64,000 nucleotides of DNA, from NCBI GenBank assembly GCA_964187785.1, contig OZ076409.1, positions 76,510,001 through 76,574,000 of the forward strand, in the 5' to 3' direction. The DNA comes from Amphiscolops sp. MND2022. Taxonomy: Eukaryota. Shown in pieces: positions 1 to 13,708 of the stretch. The notes beneath the pieces are model-generated. The model saw only the letters and a program-made list of their open reading frames with translations. It searched no databases and was not told where the DNA came from. How positions within the stretch are numbered: the first letter of the stretch is position 1; the number at the start of each line of letters is the position of its first letter. Made by a program: the position numbers and the translations under genes.

Positions 1-275
1 AGATTTGTGCGAGTTATTTGAGCATAAAACTTGCCAAAAAAACTGTGGATAAAATGGTCAAAAATTGGAAAAACGGAAAAAAGTCCCATATTTGCTCAAA
101 ATCAGCTATTAGTAACTCTCTCAATTTTTGTCCCAGAAAAATTTTGAAAACACTAATATAAACTAGATGAAATTCTAAGAAATTTTTATCTCTGATGTTT
201 TCAAAATTCTCAACAGACTTTGAGAAAATCGAGCCTAAAATCGCCCCGGGGGACGTTTTCTCAATCACAGTACTG
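1..275. mobile_element. Right part of a non-autonomous TA-target DNA transposon (MITE); same family as 7236-14483, truncated by the window edge
   Basis: 1-275 closely matches ~14207-14483 and ends in the same terminus (...aatcacagtactg) followed by TA at 276-277. Confidence 0.85.
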
Positions 276-2456
276 TACTTAATTCACAATGTAAACAACA
301 AGCTAGTGTCCTTTTCGGCGCGATATTTGTGAAGCATTGATTACAATAGATGAGTCGTTGAGAAACGCAAAAACAACCCGATTTTGTCGGTAACTTCCAT
401 TTGCATTTCAATAGTGGAAACTGCAGTATATTTCTACAAGATTAAACACCGGCATATCACTGAACTTTTTGGGTTTCATAAAAAAATTACCTTGTATACA
501 GGCCTGCAGCATTTGAAAAAACCCAGCAGTCTCGACTAGGGTATGCAAAGAGGTTAGCAAGTTTGATATACCTAGCGTTCGAAGACATAAAACATTGTAA
601 AAAGGTGGTAAGTCATGGTATCCTTGCTAAAATCACGGCGATGCATGGAAGGGTCATCAATATCTTGCATGATCATGGTAGTATCAAGGTTGTGGTTAGA
701 GCTTTGCACGGGTCATTTGGTATCGTGCCAAGAAATATAACATGCGTTTAATGTCTGCGTAATAACAAGGTCGTCATTCAAAAACTCTACGTTTGATTAT
801 TTTCAATATGGCATTCATTTAAGCCAGTGAGATTTGTTTCTGAGAGTAAATCATCCTCGCACGTTTAATTTTGAAATGTATGCGTTTTTACAGCCAAAAA
901 CAATATTGAGGTTTCTTGTTTTAATTGAAAGAGGCAATTCAAAACGTAGAAAAGCCCTTGAAAACTTCTTTCACGAACAATTTTTATCGAGGATAGTAAT
1001 GTGAAAAAAAACATTTTGACCCACAACTGCTCAATTTTGGCTAGCTCTGATGCCCGAAGGCCACAAAATATCCGAAACAACAAAATCTCAATTTGCTAAA
1101 ATCTCAAATTTCGATTGTTTTATGCTAATTTTTAATAATCTTTCCACCACATTTTTGTGCGTGTGATCATCAACTTAATTAAGCAAAAAAAAATTGGCTC
1201 AAACATGCTTTTAAAAGAAACTTTCGTCTGAAAAATGCGTAAAATGTAGTTCCAAAAATGCAAAAAATCACCTTTTGAAATGATAAAATGTTGAATTTTA
1301 CTTCAATTTTGGACGGTTTCATTCGTAGTTTGTCAGTTTTCCAGACATCTTCACTTTGGCACAGGTGAAAACTATTGGATTGTGACTTCTAATCAGCTCC
1401 TGTCGTAGTCAAGGAGACTTTTTGGACTCAACCGTGCTACTCTAACTGCAGTGTCGAAAAAAGCCGTGCCATAAGCAGTGTTATTGATCTCTGCAATATT
1501 TTCCGTGTTTTGTTAATATACTCGGTCGAGAACCCCTTAACACTTGCCTGGGGTGGAATTACAAACTACAATTGCGGTTCCGACTTGTTGCTTGGGCTTT
1601 TGGTGTAATTTTTGCCTGTATAATGATCGCAACTACTAGAGTAAGTTTTCAAAAGCAGCGAAGGTACTCGAGTCTTCTCATTCAACATTTTACAACGGTG
1701 TTTAATGATTCGCAGCTTTCGAATCATATGAAAATATTGAAAATTTCGAAGGAACTTGATACTCATGTTTTTGCATGAGAAGATGCATGTCGAAGGACGA
1801 GCTATTATTCATTCATTCCTAATTTTACAAGATTAACCACCGGAAGCTCGCCAATTTGTTTAGATTCTATAAAACATTACATTGTAAAAAGCATGTAAAA
1901 AGTTCTAGCAGTCTTGACTACGGTTATCAAGAGAACCAAGAATATGCACGATCTTACCGGAAATTTCGAGAGAGAAGCTAACTAATGTGAATGAAAACAA
2001 ACAAAAACTATCGTCAATTGCAGCTTGATCAAGTACCTAAAATGCCACAATTTTTGTTGAAACTGCTTGAACTTTTTGCATGTACTTTAATGTTTACAGC
2101 GACTCTTATTATAATTTCCCAAAACAAAACTCCTACGGAAACTTTCATGCGAAAGAATTTCCGTGTTGTATTCGACTTTTATCAAGCTGCTTGAAAGATT
2201 CTTTCAAGATTTGTGGGCAATTTTAATGTCTATCAGTTTTACTGCCAATAATGCAAAATAAAGTCAGTCGCAAAAATACACTGCTTATTAGCGTCATGTT
2301 CAGCGCCCTGTTTCAGAAGCGTTGACCAGATCAGATGGCTGAGTAGTCGAGAAAACAAAGTGTGAATGAAACGTGATCGTGTTGGTACTGAAGTGGAATA
2401 TATTTTCAAATTTAATTGCAGTAGTCAGGGCTGGGTAATATTGTATTGCCATGATA

Positions 2457-3747
2457 CAGTGTTTGTCTTTCAAGTGTAGCATAACAGCAATCGTTCATAA
2501 ACTCTCGTTACTCCAGGCTCAAATTCAATTGGTTACACGAGTGCGCTTTAGAAAATAGACAAACAATTGTAAAATAAAGAAATTCAAAGCAAATATGCCA
2601 CCAAAGACGGCCTTCCAAGACAGAGTGCGCCTATTTGCAGCACATAAAAGAGGTTAAGATGCTATTCTTCTAGCACGGCAAATGGGGATCAAAGACGGTA
2701 CTGCCAAGGCAATTTTAAGAAAAGTCATTACTGCTGGCGAAGTTATCGACTTACCTCATGGGGGACCTCATAAAACCAAAGTAACCGAAGACACGAGGAA
2801 AGCTGTTGAAGACATAATTTCAGAGAATTGTACTTTGAGTCTGAAAGAAATCAACCTGAAGTTGCAGCAAAGATTACCAGAAGCACCTAAAGTTAGTCTG
2901 AAAACTATTGAAAGAATACTGGATGGGCTGTTCTACACCTTGAAAAAAGTCACAATTTTGCCTTTCGAACGAAATTCTCAAAGTGTCAAAGATTTACGCC
3001 GAGAATATGCTGAATGGTTTCTGAAAGATGGAACGTTAGTTGAAAATCATGTTTTCCTTGACGAAACAGGTTTCAATGTCTGGACAAAACGTGGAAAAGG
3101 CCGGTCCAAAAAAGGAACCCCTGCCACTGTAGTGACTAGCGGGCAGCGTGGTCAAAACATAAGGCTAATTCTAGCAATTTCTTCCCAACTGGGAGTAGTA
3201 CATCACACTTTTCACGATGGTGGAGTCAACGCTGATGTTTTCACAAATATTATGCAAGACTTAAGTGCAAAAGTGGCAAGTAAGAAAGCTGTTATGATAT
3301 TCGATAACGCCCCCTGTCACAGCTGCAGTCCTGAAATTCTACCCATACATTCATTGAAAAAATTGCCCCCTGGTCTCCCATGCTGAACCCTATTGAGGAA
3401 GTGTTCTCGCTTTGGAAGAGAGAAATTAAAGGAAAACTTGCAGACCATGATGTTCGACGAGAATTGCTTGACATAGTTGACGGAAGACAAATAACACTGA
3501 CGGAATGGAGAAGAAATATTCTGAAACGAGAAGGAGAAATTGCTTTAAACGTAATAACTCCTGAAAAGTGTATGCAATTGTATAACCATTCTTTTCATTT
3601 TCTGTATAAATGCGTTACTGATGCGGATATGTAACTCTTGTTTGGCGTTTTGTGATTATTGAATGTCTATTTTGGAAATTCATTCTTTCACCTTATTGGC
3701 TAATTAATTTAGAATGGCGTTATGCTACACTTGAAAGACAAACACTG
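2457..3747 (+). mobile_element. IS630/Tc1/mariner-superfamily DNA transposon, full length
   Basis: Perfect 29-bp TIRs (cagtgtttgtctttcaagtgtagcataac at 2457-2485; reverse complement at 3719-3747), TA on both sides, internal DDE transposase. Confidence 0.95.
2595..3634 (+). pseudogene. IS630/Tc1-like DDE transposase with one premature stop and one frameshift
   Basis: ATG 2595 (MPPKTAFQDR) is in frame with ORF 2682-3386 but has TAA at 2655-2657. Motifs FLDETGF and IFDNAPCH; a 1-nt loss in the C run near 3370 breaks LPP(W)SPMLNPIEEVFS, which continues in ORF 3380-3634. Confidence 0.92.
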
Positions 3748-4572
3748 TAATGAAGCGACAAGATAAAAATCCAACATTTTTCACCAAAAATAGCTTTTTT
3801 AGCTTATCGAAAATTCTGAAACGATCATCGAAACAGGAAATTCAATTTTCTTTATCAATTCCATGTTTATTGACATCATTTATGAGCTAAAGTTTCTGGG
3901 TACAACCAAAAAAATCTGGTTTTCAAAATTAGAAGGCTCCAAACCTTTTCAATAATCATTAAATAATTGCTAAAAAGACAGAATAGTTAGTCGCACACCT
4001 ATTGTGTAAATATATTATCTCACCTGATTATCTTTAGACGTGGAAAAAGTAAACTATATCTCAATTCGTTGATATATATTTTAATATACAATATATATTT
4101 GTTCATTTTATATTTTACCCAGCCCTGCAAGTAGTTGAACACGCAGTGTAATTCTACAAGACATACCACTGGAACCTTACTGAATTTTTTAGGTTTTATA
4201 AAAAATTATCATGTATTCAGGCTTTCCGTTCACACTACCAGCCAAACCATACCAAATCATAACATCTTGATTAAAGAAACTTTGTTTTGTCCAATGACCA
4301 ACCCTTCAGAGAATGATAGCGTAGCAGTGACAAAGTGATTATAACCAATAATTATTTTTGTTTTCCAGGTTATTCAATTTTTGAGACTCTTGATAAGACT
4401 CTCGCCAATATTAATTACAAGAAATGTTATGTGTGAAGCAAGAATGAACAAGACATTACCAAGGCTTTATCTCTTCAAGTATATCTAGGGAGGGCATTCT
4501 TACAGTTGATTCTGAGTAAAAACTGAAAATTGATGTGTGAGTATAGGTGTGTTTAAATTATCAGAAACGTTA

Positions 4573-4806
4573 CTAGTAATAGTGGTCTGCAATTACTTCC
4601 ACGCCATCAAACGTACAAAAGTAATAGAGGAATTTATCTGCCACGAATTCTATCTCCGCGTTGTCCACATTCAGAGCCCCGAACGACTTGGAGTCCAACT
4701 GAGTACAAGCTGATTTTGCTTCAGGAAACTCATCGTTCGTCTCATAGTTCACTTTCCCGTCTATGGAAGCGCAGCCTTGCTTCGTTTTATTCAAACCCAA
4801 AAACAC
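4573..4806 (-). CDS. Last exon of a type II membrane C-type lectin-domain protein (C-terminal half of the CTLD)
   Basis: Acceptor ttttattttag|GTG, phase 0. Begins VFLGL (WIGL-equivalent), contains SAC and terminal YYFC, stop TAG at 4575-4573. Confidence 0.8.
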   Translation of the reverse strand: MFLGLNKTKQGCASIDGKVNYETNDEFPEAKSACTQLDSKSFGALNVDNAEIEFVADKFLYYFCTFDGVEVIADHYY

Positions 4807-5145
4807 CTAAAATAAAAACACGTCGTCTTAGCATGATCACTCATCCAAGATACTTCTCAAAAATTTACTAACTTCTCGAAAATTCCTATTGAGATGTTCA
4901 TTTTACAATGGTTTTATAGGTTGACAAACATTTTTATAATGATTCAATCTATCTTTGTACAGACAAATGCACCAATGTCAAGAGCGTCTTTTTATACAGT
5001 CAAAAGCGCCCCAGCATAAGGACCTATCAAAAAATTTGGTTACTTTTCATCGTCTGAAATTCATTGAATTAAAGGTACTGACTGCGTTTATCATTGCAGT
5101 TTTGAGGGCAACGGTTACTTCTGATTTTTTTTTCAGTTACTAAAA

Positions 5146-5572
5146 CCCTTTTTAGGTCCAAAGGTTCAGATTTCTCATAAAAAAGTCTTTTACCGAGACG
5201 TAACGCTTTTTGAGTCTCGAGCGGTTGTCAGCTTCAAACCCGTTTTGTTTAGATTTTCAGTTAGAATTGCATTTTAATTTTGGGCACTGCGATTTTTTTT
5301 CTTTGGGTGTCGGCAGATCCCTACTCGTTGGCGAAATGATAGATGTGAGCACACATATCCCATATGTTCTACCTGTCCCTAGAAAGAATTCAAAAGTTTT
5401 TCCTCTGAATAGTTATAACTTTAGTTACGTTTTTATTTGAATTACTAAATTGCATGAGACCAAAAATGAGCGGTTTTTCTCGATGCTGTGCGACTTACAA
5501 AATTTATACCTTTTGCTATATATCTTTTTAATCTCTTTCAGTTTTAAAAAAGTTTATTTCGAGCCTAAAGGG
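5146..5572. mobile_element. Possible piggyBac-like MITE
   Basis: ccctt(tt)tagg ... cctaaaggg termini with TTAA on the right; the left target site is degenerate. Confidence 0.35.
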
Positions 5573-6444
5573 TTAAATAATCGGCTTAAATATTTCACGG
5601 CGTTGTTGTGCTTTCTTTTTCAGAATATTTTAAGGGACTTTCATTTTCAAATTTTAACCCAAAGTTGTGAACTTGGGCTACATGGCTGGTTCATTTTTGC
5701 AATACGATATTTCTTGCTGCAAACATTCGCGCCATCATTGGGTTATAGAAATTAAGAAAAGCAATGGAGGTTTTCGGTAACAATTTATGTTCAAAATGAA
5801 GATTAATTTATTCAATGATGTACTAAACGTACATCCTTTTTTCAGTCATAAATAAAATGCGTTGTTGTCGAAAACATTTTTCTTGAGTTACCATGGTAAT
5901 CAAATTGGATAGATAGATTCGGTTGAATTTGAAGCGCTAAAAACAAGAAAAATGTTTTTGACGATGCATTTTATTTGTCAGTGAAAAAAACGAAATTGGG
6001 ATAATTAACAAACAGGTTCTGTGTAATTATTTACTGGAGTCAAAGACAAAAACTTGTGAAAAGTTCATGTAAAAAGTTCAGGCAATTTCAACCAGGGACA
6101 TCATTTTTGGAATTCCGAGCTCCGTCTGTTAGTTTCTCATGCTTTATTCCAAAGAGACGGAAAAATCACAGTGCCACTGCACTTTTATGTGACTGCACGT
6201 TTTATTCGGCTTCTCTGCGAACAAATCACTCAATTTTTTGGCTTAAGCATTCGAATAAAGTTTTTATTTTCAGGTGTATCTATTAAAATTTGCGCTCGTC
6301 CTGGTTGTGCAAAGACCTCGCTGGATTCTTACTTTTGATTCACTTCTGGGAAGATTTGTTAAAATTCTTTCAAAAAATGCATTTTTTTCTGAACAGGGTC
6401 AACGTTAACCCTGTTTAGAAAAATGCCAAAAACAGAATTCTTAC

Positions 6445-6714
6445 CTTTACTGTTCTTGGCATGATTTTGAAATGCTGTTTGAACACGTGACTCATCAGCT
6501 CTGCCTCTGACTTAGTGTTAGGATAGCCCAGCTTGAAGTAACTGTTTTCGCACTTCCGTTTGGCTTCTTCGTACATGTTGGTACTCTTGGAAAGCTTATA
6601 GCACTTCTGGAATTGTTCGCTCCAGTATCCACAGACGGTTTCACATACGAATTTGGCATCAGGCCTCTCGGACAAATCTTTGGTAAAACGGGGACAATAA
6701 TCGGTGGCGACGAA
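6445..6714 (-). CDS. Internal exon, N-terminal half of the C-type lectin domain
   Basis: Acceptor atttcag|TTC, donor AAG|gtaaga, 270 nt, phase 0/0. Encodes W...KCYKL.....MYEEAKRKC......LGYPNTKSEAELM, the typical CTLD beta1-alpha1-alpha2 pattern. Confidence 0.85.
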
Positions 6715-7528
6715 CTGAAATATGAGCACAAAAAAAGCTCATCTATCTTTCCCTTGCGTTAACACCCCGAAACGGTACAAAAACAGAATGTTTAACGGAA
6801 GAAATATATTAAAATTACTTTTACAAAATTCCGAAAACTTTAATTGTTTTATTTTAGGAGGCGGAAATTTCGTCGCCAGAAATTTCGTCGAAGGAAATAT
6901 CATCGTATTAGCGAATCTAAAAACTTCGTCGTCATAAATTTCGTCGTATTGATTAGAATTAACAGCGTTCACGAAAAGATATTCAATTTGAATTATTCTA
7001 TAATTTAATTATGAAAATAAGATCTTAGGAACAAGTTTCATTTTGTCACCAAAATTGAGTCAAAAAGTTAATTGCGTTCAATCAACTCATCAAGTCGCTT
7101 ATTGATCAGTGTTATATTTTCAGTCCTACCGGTGAAACTACATACCGGGGCTTTACAATACAATTTGAGCTTGTTCCAGCGGGAATTTTTGCTTTTTTGT
7201 CAGAAAATAATCAAACAATCTTTGCTTTAAGTGTACAGTACTGTGATTACAAAATCGTCCACCTATGCGCTGAGCGTCGTTATCAACCAATTAGAATTGC
7301 GTATTCGCTCTCACTTTCAATTCTGATTGGCGCATCAAGTGAAATCTCCGGCGCAGAATGAACACTTCTGCTATTTTCCCAGTTTTGGACAGGTTTTTGG
7401 AATATTTTTCTGAAAATTTTAAAATCATTGAATTCTTCAGATTGTATAGAAGTCAATGATATATTTTTGTTTCAAAAACATTCTAAATGGAAAAATAATC
7501 GCACTTTTCCGCCGCGAAACGTTCATTT

Positions 7529-7742
7529 TGTCATATACGGTTCACTCCGGTTTGACCTCCACCGAGTTTCGGTTCATAGACTGTATGTCTAGCATACCAC
7601 TTTAGAGACAAACAAAACTTTTGCAGTATACTTAATTAGATACTTCATTATATAAACTACAGTATCTACGAAATAATCAGTGATCTATAGAAACTATCTT
7701 AACCTTTCTTTTATCTGGAGCTTAGTTGTTGAAAATAGAACA
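7529..7742 (+). repeat. 5' LTR (214 bp)
   Basis: tgtcatatacggttcactcc...aatagaaca; roughly 90% identical by eye to 13881-14102. Confidence 0.93.
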
Positions 7743-7757
7743 TGGCGAAGTCAGCCA
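7743..7757 (+). promoter_or_regulatory. Primer-binding site, resembles a tRNA-Ser PBS
   Basis: tggcgaagtcagcca directly follows the LTR-terminal CA; the tRNA assignment is inferred from similarity to TGGCG(T/C)AGTCGGC. Confidence 0.7.
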
Positions 7758-7796
7758 ATTTGTAACAAATTTAAAAGTTCTTAACAAAACAAAGCC

Positions 7797-10700
7797 ATGA
7801 CAGAGACAAACACAGTAGCGAACCTAGAAGCAAAGGCTGCGGACGGAAAGGCAATATTCACACAAAAAAATGGTTAGAAAGGTTTGGCAGTTTACTAAAC
7901 GGGAACAAAAAGTAGATATTGCAACACTATTGAAAAGAGAAGACATTACCGATTGGTCCGGAAAAGAACAACTTATTCAAGAAGATTTCATTGGGGGAGT
8001 CGGACCCGAAGCACTGTACCAAATAACACGCGCCGAGTACAAAACGGAACCGGATAGTAGCAAAATAAAGATCTTGATCCAGTTATTTGCCGAGTAGTAC
8101 TTACCGAAACGAAATACGTACCACAACCGGGGAGGTTTTTTTCGAGGAAAACAAACAGAAGAAGAAACACCGGAAGAATTCTGGAGAATCTAATTGAAAT
8201 CGAAAAAGAATGCAATTTCAACACAATATCAGCCGAAGAACTACTGATATTCAAGCACATGACGGCAATCACCGACAAAAAAATACGGAACAAAAAGCAG
8301 AAAGAAAAAAATACTGGAACTGAAAAAAAATTGAACTATTAGAGCAAAACACATACGAAAAGAAGAACAAGAAAAACACAATACCGGAGGCACTATTATC
8401 GACAAAAGAAAAACACAAAAAAGAAGAACCGATACAACAAATGGAAAAGTTCGGTGTAAGGCCAAAAACCTGAGCCACGGTGAATAGACCATGCAGTTTC
8501 TGTGGGGCACCAATTTGGACTCAATTACACAAATGCCCAGCAATAGAAACAAATTAAAACAAATGCGGAAGAAAAGGACACTACGCAAAGGTATTTAAAC
8601 AAAATTACAAAAACAACCGGACAGTGAAACAATTAAACGAAGAAGAAAACGATGACCCAGACGAAACATCAAGTGAATCATAAAAAAAGTAAACACCATA
8701 TCAGATAGACAAAGAAAATTGAAGAAAAGAAAAGAACAAACACTACACAGCGATAGTGAAAATAAACGGGAAAAAGAAAGAATTTATAATCGACACCGGA
8801 TAACCAATAACGATGATGCCACCGGACGAAAAAATATTAGAACTAACCAGGATACAGAAAATCACAAACAGGTACCAAGATGAGAACAGGAACGAAATGA
8901 AAATAACAAACAGAAAATGGACATCCTGATAGCCGAAAGAACAGACATAACACCACTACTTGGAATGGACTGGCTGAAAAAATTCAAATTAACAATCAGA
9001 ATAATACAATTGGCAGAAAACAACCAATCAGAACGCCAGAAAACGTTCGGTAAACATTCGGATTTGTTCGGAAACAACGTAACAATAAAAGACACCGCGA
9101 TAAATATCCAACTGAAACCGGGACAATACCCGGTTAAACAAAAAGCAAAACCGGTACCGCTCCACCTACAAGAAGATAAGAAGACGTAGGACGGGAAGTA
9201 GAGAAACTATTAAAAACCGGAAACTTAGAAAAAATCAATGATGTGGATGAAGACTGTTCTGTATCACCGGTAGTAATAACCGTAAAAAGTGACAAATCAG
9301 TAAAGATAGCACTAGCTCACGGAAATTAAACAATAGCTGTATCAAAATAAGACCACACATGCCGAACATGGAAGAGTTTCTGAATCAAATTTTGGTAAAA
9401 ATTTCCCGCGACCGAACAGAAGAATTGTTTATATCAAAAATAGATTTAGACTACGCATACGGACAGATGAAGCTATCCAAAGAAACAAGCGGACAAGGCG
9501 TATTCACCATAACCGTTGGGAAATTTAACCGATACTACCGATTCAAACAAGGGTTTACAGTCTTGCCGATATACCCACGATATTTCAAGAGAAAAAACCG
9601 AACACTCGGATACAGTAAACCAGCTTGGCTAGACGACATAATTGTAGTAACCCAGGGAGGCAAACAAGAACACGAGGAAAAATTATTTGATATCCTGAAA
9701 AAACTGGAAAAAGCCAGATACCGGGCGAGTAAAAGGAAATCTGAAATCTTTATGAATCAAACCAAACGGTTGGGTCATGAAATCAAAGAAAACGGAAAAA
9801 AACCAGATGAAGAGAAAGTAGAGGCCATTCTGAAATTGAACCCACCGAAGAACACAAAAAAGTTAGTATCATTTCTCAAAGCAATTCAATACATAGCAAT
9901 GTTCCTACCGAAGTTTTCGGAAAGGAATGACAGACTCCGAAAATTATTGAAAAAGAACGAGACAACGGAATGGTGAACCGAACAAGAAGAAGATTTCGGA
10001 AAAATAAAACAAATGTTAACCGAAGGCTGATGTCTTGCACACTACGCAAAAGATAAAGAAAATATAGTAACGACCGATGCAAGCACGACCGGCCTGGGAA
10101 TTACGCTATGGCAAAAACACGATGAGGGAAACACTAAACAGATAGCATACGGAAACCGATATTTGAATGATACCGAAAAGAAATATTCCATGGGTGAACT
10201 AGAATTACTGGCGGTGGTATGGGGATTAGAAAAATTCCGATTTTATTTTGACGGAAAGAAAGTTCATCTCTATACAGACCACCAAGCACTAGAACCGCTA
10301 ATAAAACGAAACCGAAGCAAAAAAACAATACAGTGCGAGATTAACGTGATAGCTAGATCGCCTAACTCACTTCGACATATCAATACAGCATATCGCAGGC
10401 AGTCCCTTCAAATTCACCAATTATCTCAGTAGAAATCCGGTAGGGGAGCCATGCCGGAAGAAAATTACATAAGAGTGCGACTATAACGAATGCGGCTATA
10501 ACGAAATGTGCTTATAATGAACAAATTTTAATTCCCCGAATTTTTTCCTATGTTTTTTTATGCAAAAAATCATGGCTATTTCGAATGCGGCTATATCAAA
10601 ATGTGTGTATACCGAACCAATGATAATCACCCAAGCATGAAAAATGTGTGCATATAACGAAATTGAGTCTCTTCATTCATGGTTTTTGTCAACGTGTGAA

Positions 10701-13700
10701 ACGCTTGCTCAGCGTCAAGTGTCGCAAGACTTTGTGTCAATGTAACTTGGCCGTTCAACAGACAAACGACCAGTCTGAAGATCAAGTTGTAAGCGACGAT
10801 GAGTTTATAGGTGAAGACCCTGAGACGGTACCTAAGCCGTCATTTATCAATTGTTCGGAGGCATTGCTGACACTCCGCTCAAATTTTCATTATAAGGACA
10901 TGGAACGAATCGAGAAAGTGCTTCAGAAGAAAGCAGAAATGAAAAAGCAGACCGCGATAACAGACTATTTTCGTTAAAATTGCAGTTTAATGGATACTCA
11001 ACTAATGTCGAATTTAATGCACCATTGTGCTTATTGTCTTGCTTATTCTTAAGCCTAAGTCTTGTGTAATCTAGTAACGATTTTCTTTTGGTTAACTTTG
11101 GTACGGTTAAGTTATCTTCGATATATTTAAGGCGTTCCCGAACCAAATGATCTCAAAACGAACATTTGAGCTTCAGATTGCTCCGAAAATGCCCTATAAC
11201 GAAATGCGGCAAAAACGAAGTGCGCGAATAACGAACTTTTTTTTCCCGAGAGGGTCCGTTATAGCCGCACTCTACTGTACTACGAAGATTATGTAATCAA
11301 CATACTATCTGAACAAGCGGATTTGAATTTGAAAGACGGACAATTAGTCGCGGACCAATCAAAATGTAGCAAAACCACAACCGAGAGAAAGAAGAATGAT
11401 TCCGAGAAGAAAATTGAGCACAGAGCAACCAATCACAAACAAATGGAACATTCGAGAAAATAAACTACGTGAACGAAACCGAACAGAACAAAATAACAAC
11501 ATCCGGGCAGTCCGAAATTAGCACCCTGAAAATCAGTAAAGCAAGTGAGAAAGAGAAAATGGATCTAGAAAACTTCTATCACTGAGAGGCTACCCAAGAA
11601 ATCATGGCCATCATTAGGAGACGAAACAACATTCCTGAAACGAGAAGACTGGTAGAGCAACAGAACGGGCTAACCCGGCCAGGAACGCTGAAACGCCGGT
11701 ACGATCATCAATCCCAAAAAAAAACAATATTTGCGCTGTTCCGACCAAACAAACGCAGCAGACAAGAAATTGCCGAAATTGACGCCGAACTTATCCGGAG
11801 AGCAAACAGAATTGGAGGCGGATATCAACCGATGGAAATTGAAGAAAGGAGAACCTGAAGAAATACGGGAAGAAGGTGAAATAGAGCAGGCAGCCGAGAC
11901 CGATGAAGTCAGTATAATTATGCGAGGCGACAATCTACTGATCGTAGTCTTATCGAAATACAATACCGACGGCAAAGAAGCGAAATACATTCAGAAAAAT
12001 CATATCGTCGGAAAAGTCACCACGAACAAAAAGGTGACAGAAGATCACATCGAAAAACCAGAGTTCGAGTTCATAATGGATCTCAAAACCCTAATTTCAA
12101 AGACGGCAATTGACCCCGAACTAAATCGAGTCTGGAACAGCATGCGTAGAGAAGACAGGGAAACCATATCGGAAGGCTACAGAGCAGTGTTCGACAAGCT
12201 CTCAATTAGATGGGGCCTAATTTTAGTCGACAATCAATTCGTCATCCCGATAGATTCCTGAAGACGACTCTTGGATATATTGCATTTTGGTCACTCCGGC
12301 ATTACCAAAATGGACTCGGAAGCGAAAATATTCTAGTGGCAGGCAATGAAGCAAGACATTGAAAACAAAGTCAAGGACTGCACCGCATGCCTAGCATCAG
12401 GTAAAAGTCTTGAATACCAATTACCAGAAAAAAAACTTCGAAAAATTATTCGAACCCGGCCAAGAAAAACAAATCGATTTTACCGGAAAGCTACACAACA
12501 AAAATGTACACGGTAAAGTTCAAGTATTGATAGCCGTAGATGCAGTTAGTAAATGGCCAACGTGAAAATCTGCGAAACCTCGGAGACAAAAGAAGTATTA
12601 AATTTCCTAATGAGTAACTTTAACCTATACGGATTACCCGGAAAAATAAAATCCGACAAAGGGAACATTTATTTTGAAAGAATAGAATCATTTTTGCAGA
12701 AAACGAAACATCGAAATAGAATACTGTACCCCCAGAATGCATACCGGAAACGGAGTAGAGTAGTAAAAAGAGCGATACAAACATTAAAAAAATTGATAAT
12801 ACGAAATCTAGAAGACGGCGAAATTTGACCGAAAGTGTAAACCGAGCATTACGAGTAATGCGTTTAACAATACATACGGGACTAAAAACAACACCGTTTG
12901 AACTACATCACGGAAGGAAACCGAGAACCGAATCAACAAACATTGTTAAAAACGGAAAAACGTTCGTATCTAATTGGTCAGAAATGACTGTTCCAGCAAC
13001 AAACAGGCCGAAAATCCCTATGTGGGCCGAGATGCGCATGAAGAGATCACAAACCACATAATTATGGCAAAGACGAAAACCGAGGTGCAAAATCAGAATG
13101 AAAGCCAAAAGTAACCGAAAAACAAAAATTCGGTTGGATACCCATTTTGTTTCTCTGAAGAGATATACAACAAAAAATCATTAGCAGGAAAATTTCAAAA
13201 TAAAATACAAACCGCAGTAAGCGGGACCGAAAGTTCCGTGAAAACGGACACCGGGTAAAAAATAAACCAAAACTTTATTTCCGGCCCATTATTTCAGACC
13301 GACCGAAGAACAAGAAAGGAACCGGCGATCAATGCAAGCGGTGAAATCAATCCGAAAAACAGACACTGCCTACGGGGTCAGAAGGGCAAGTACGGACGCT
13401 GGCACCAGATACTCCGTGACTTTCTGAACGGAAAACTGAAGATAGTCCAGGACCGGAAAGCAACGAATACTGAAACCGAAGAAGACGACGACGATGAAGA
13501 CGATGAAATACCGAAAGAAATCAGAACGCCAAAGAAGTACGACACTTCCGAACGTGACGGAAGATATGCACCCAGACGGACGAATATACATACAGTGGGT
13601 GAGATACCTGGTATCAATTTAGAAACTAACATAAGACGCTCAAACCGAAATAGCAAAAAACCGAATAGATACGGTACTATACCATATACTGGAAACTACT

Positions 13701-13708
13701 GGGGCTAG
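7797..13708 (+). pseudogene. gag-pol, frameshifted with many stops
   Basis: Zinc-knuckle remnants CSFCG...HKCP and KCGRKGHYAK (~8490-8590); protease FIIDTG (~8785); RT SKIDLDYAYGQ and WLDDII (9359-9976); RNase H TTDAS, ELELLAVVW, YTDHQAL (10060-10290); integrase LHFGHSG...CTAC, IKSDKG, TPFELHHGR (12270-12930); C-terminal RRSNRNSKKPNRY. Confidence 0.92.
10468..11277 (+). mobile_element. pogo/Tigger-like deletion derivative inserted in Gypsy pol
   Basis: 21-bp TIR cataagagtgcgactataacg vs cagtagagtgcggctataacg (3 mismatches); TA at 10466-10467 and 11278-11279; retains a transposase C-terminus ending KKQTAITDYFR. Confidence 0.88.

Larger units (their letters stand above)
2426..4127. mobile_element. 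hAT-like MITE hosting the Tc1/IS630 insertion
   Basis: 13-bp perfect TIR cagggctgggtaa / ttacccagccctg; flanking 8-mers gcagtagt / caagtagt (6/8 match), consistent with a decayed 8-bp hAT TSD. Confidence 0.65.
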
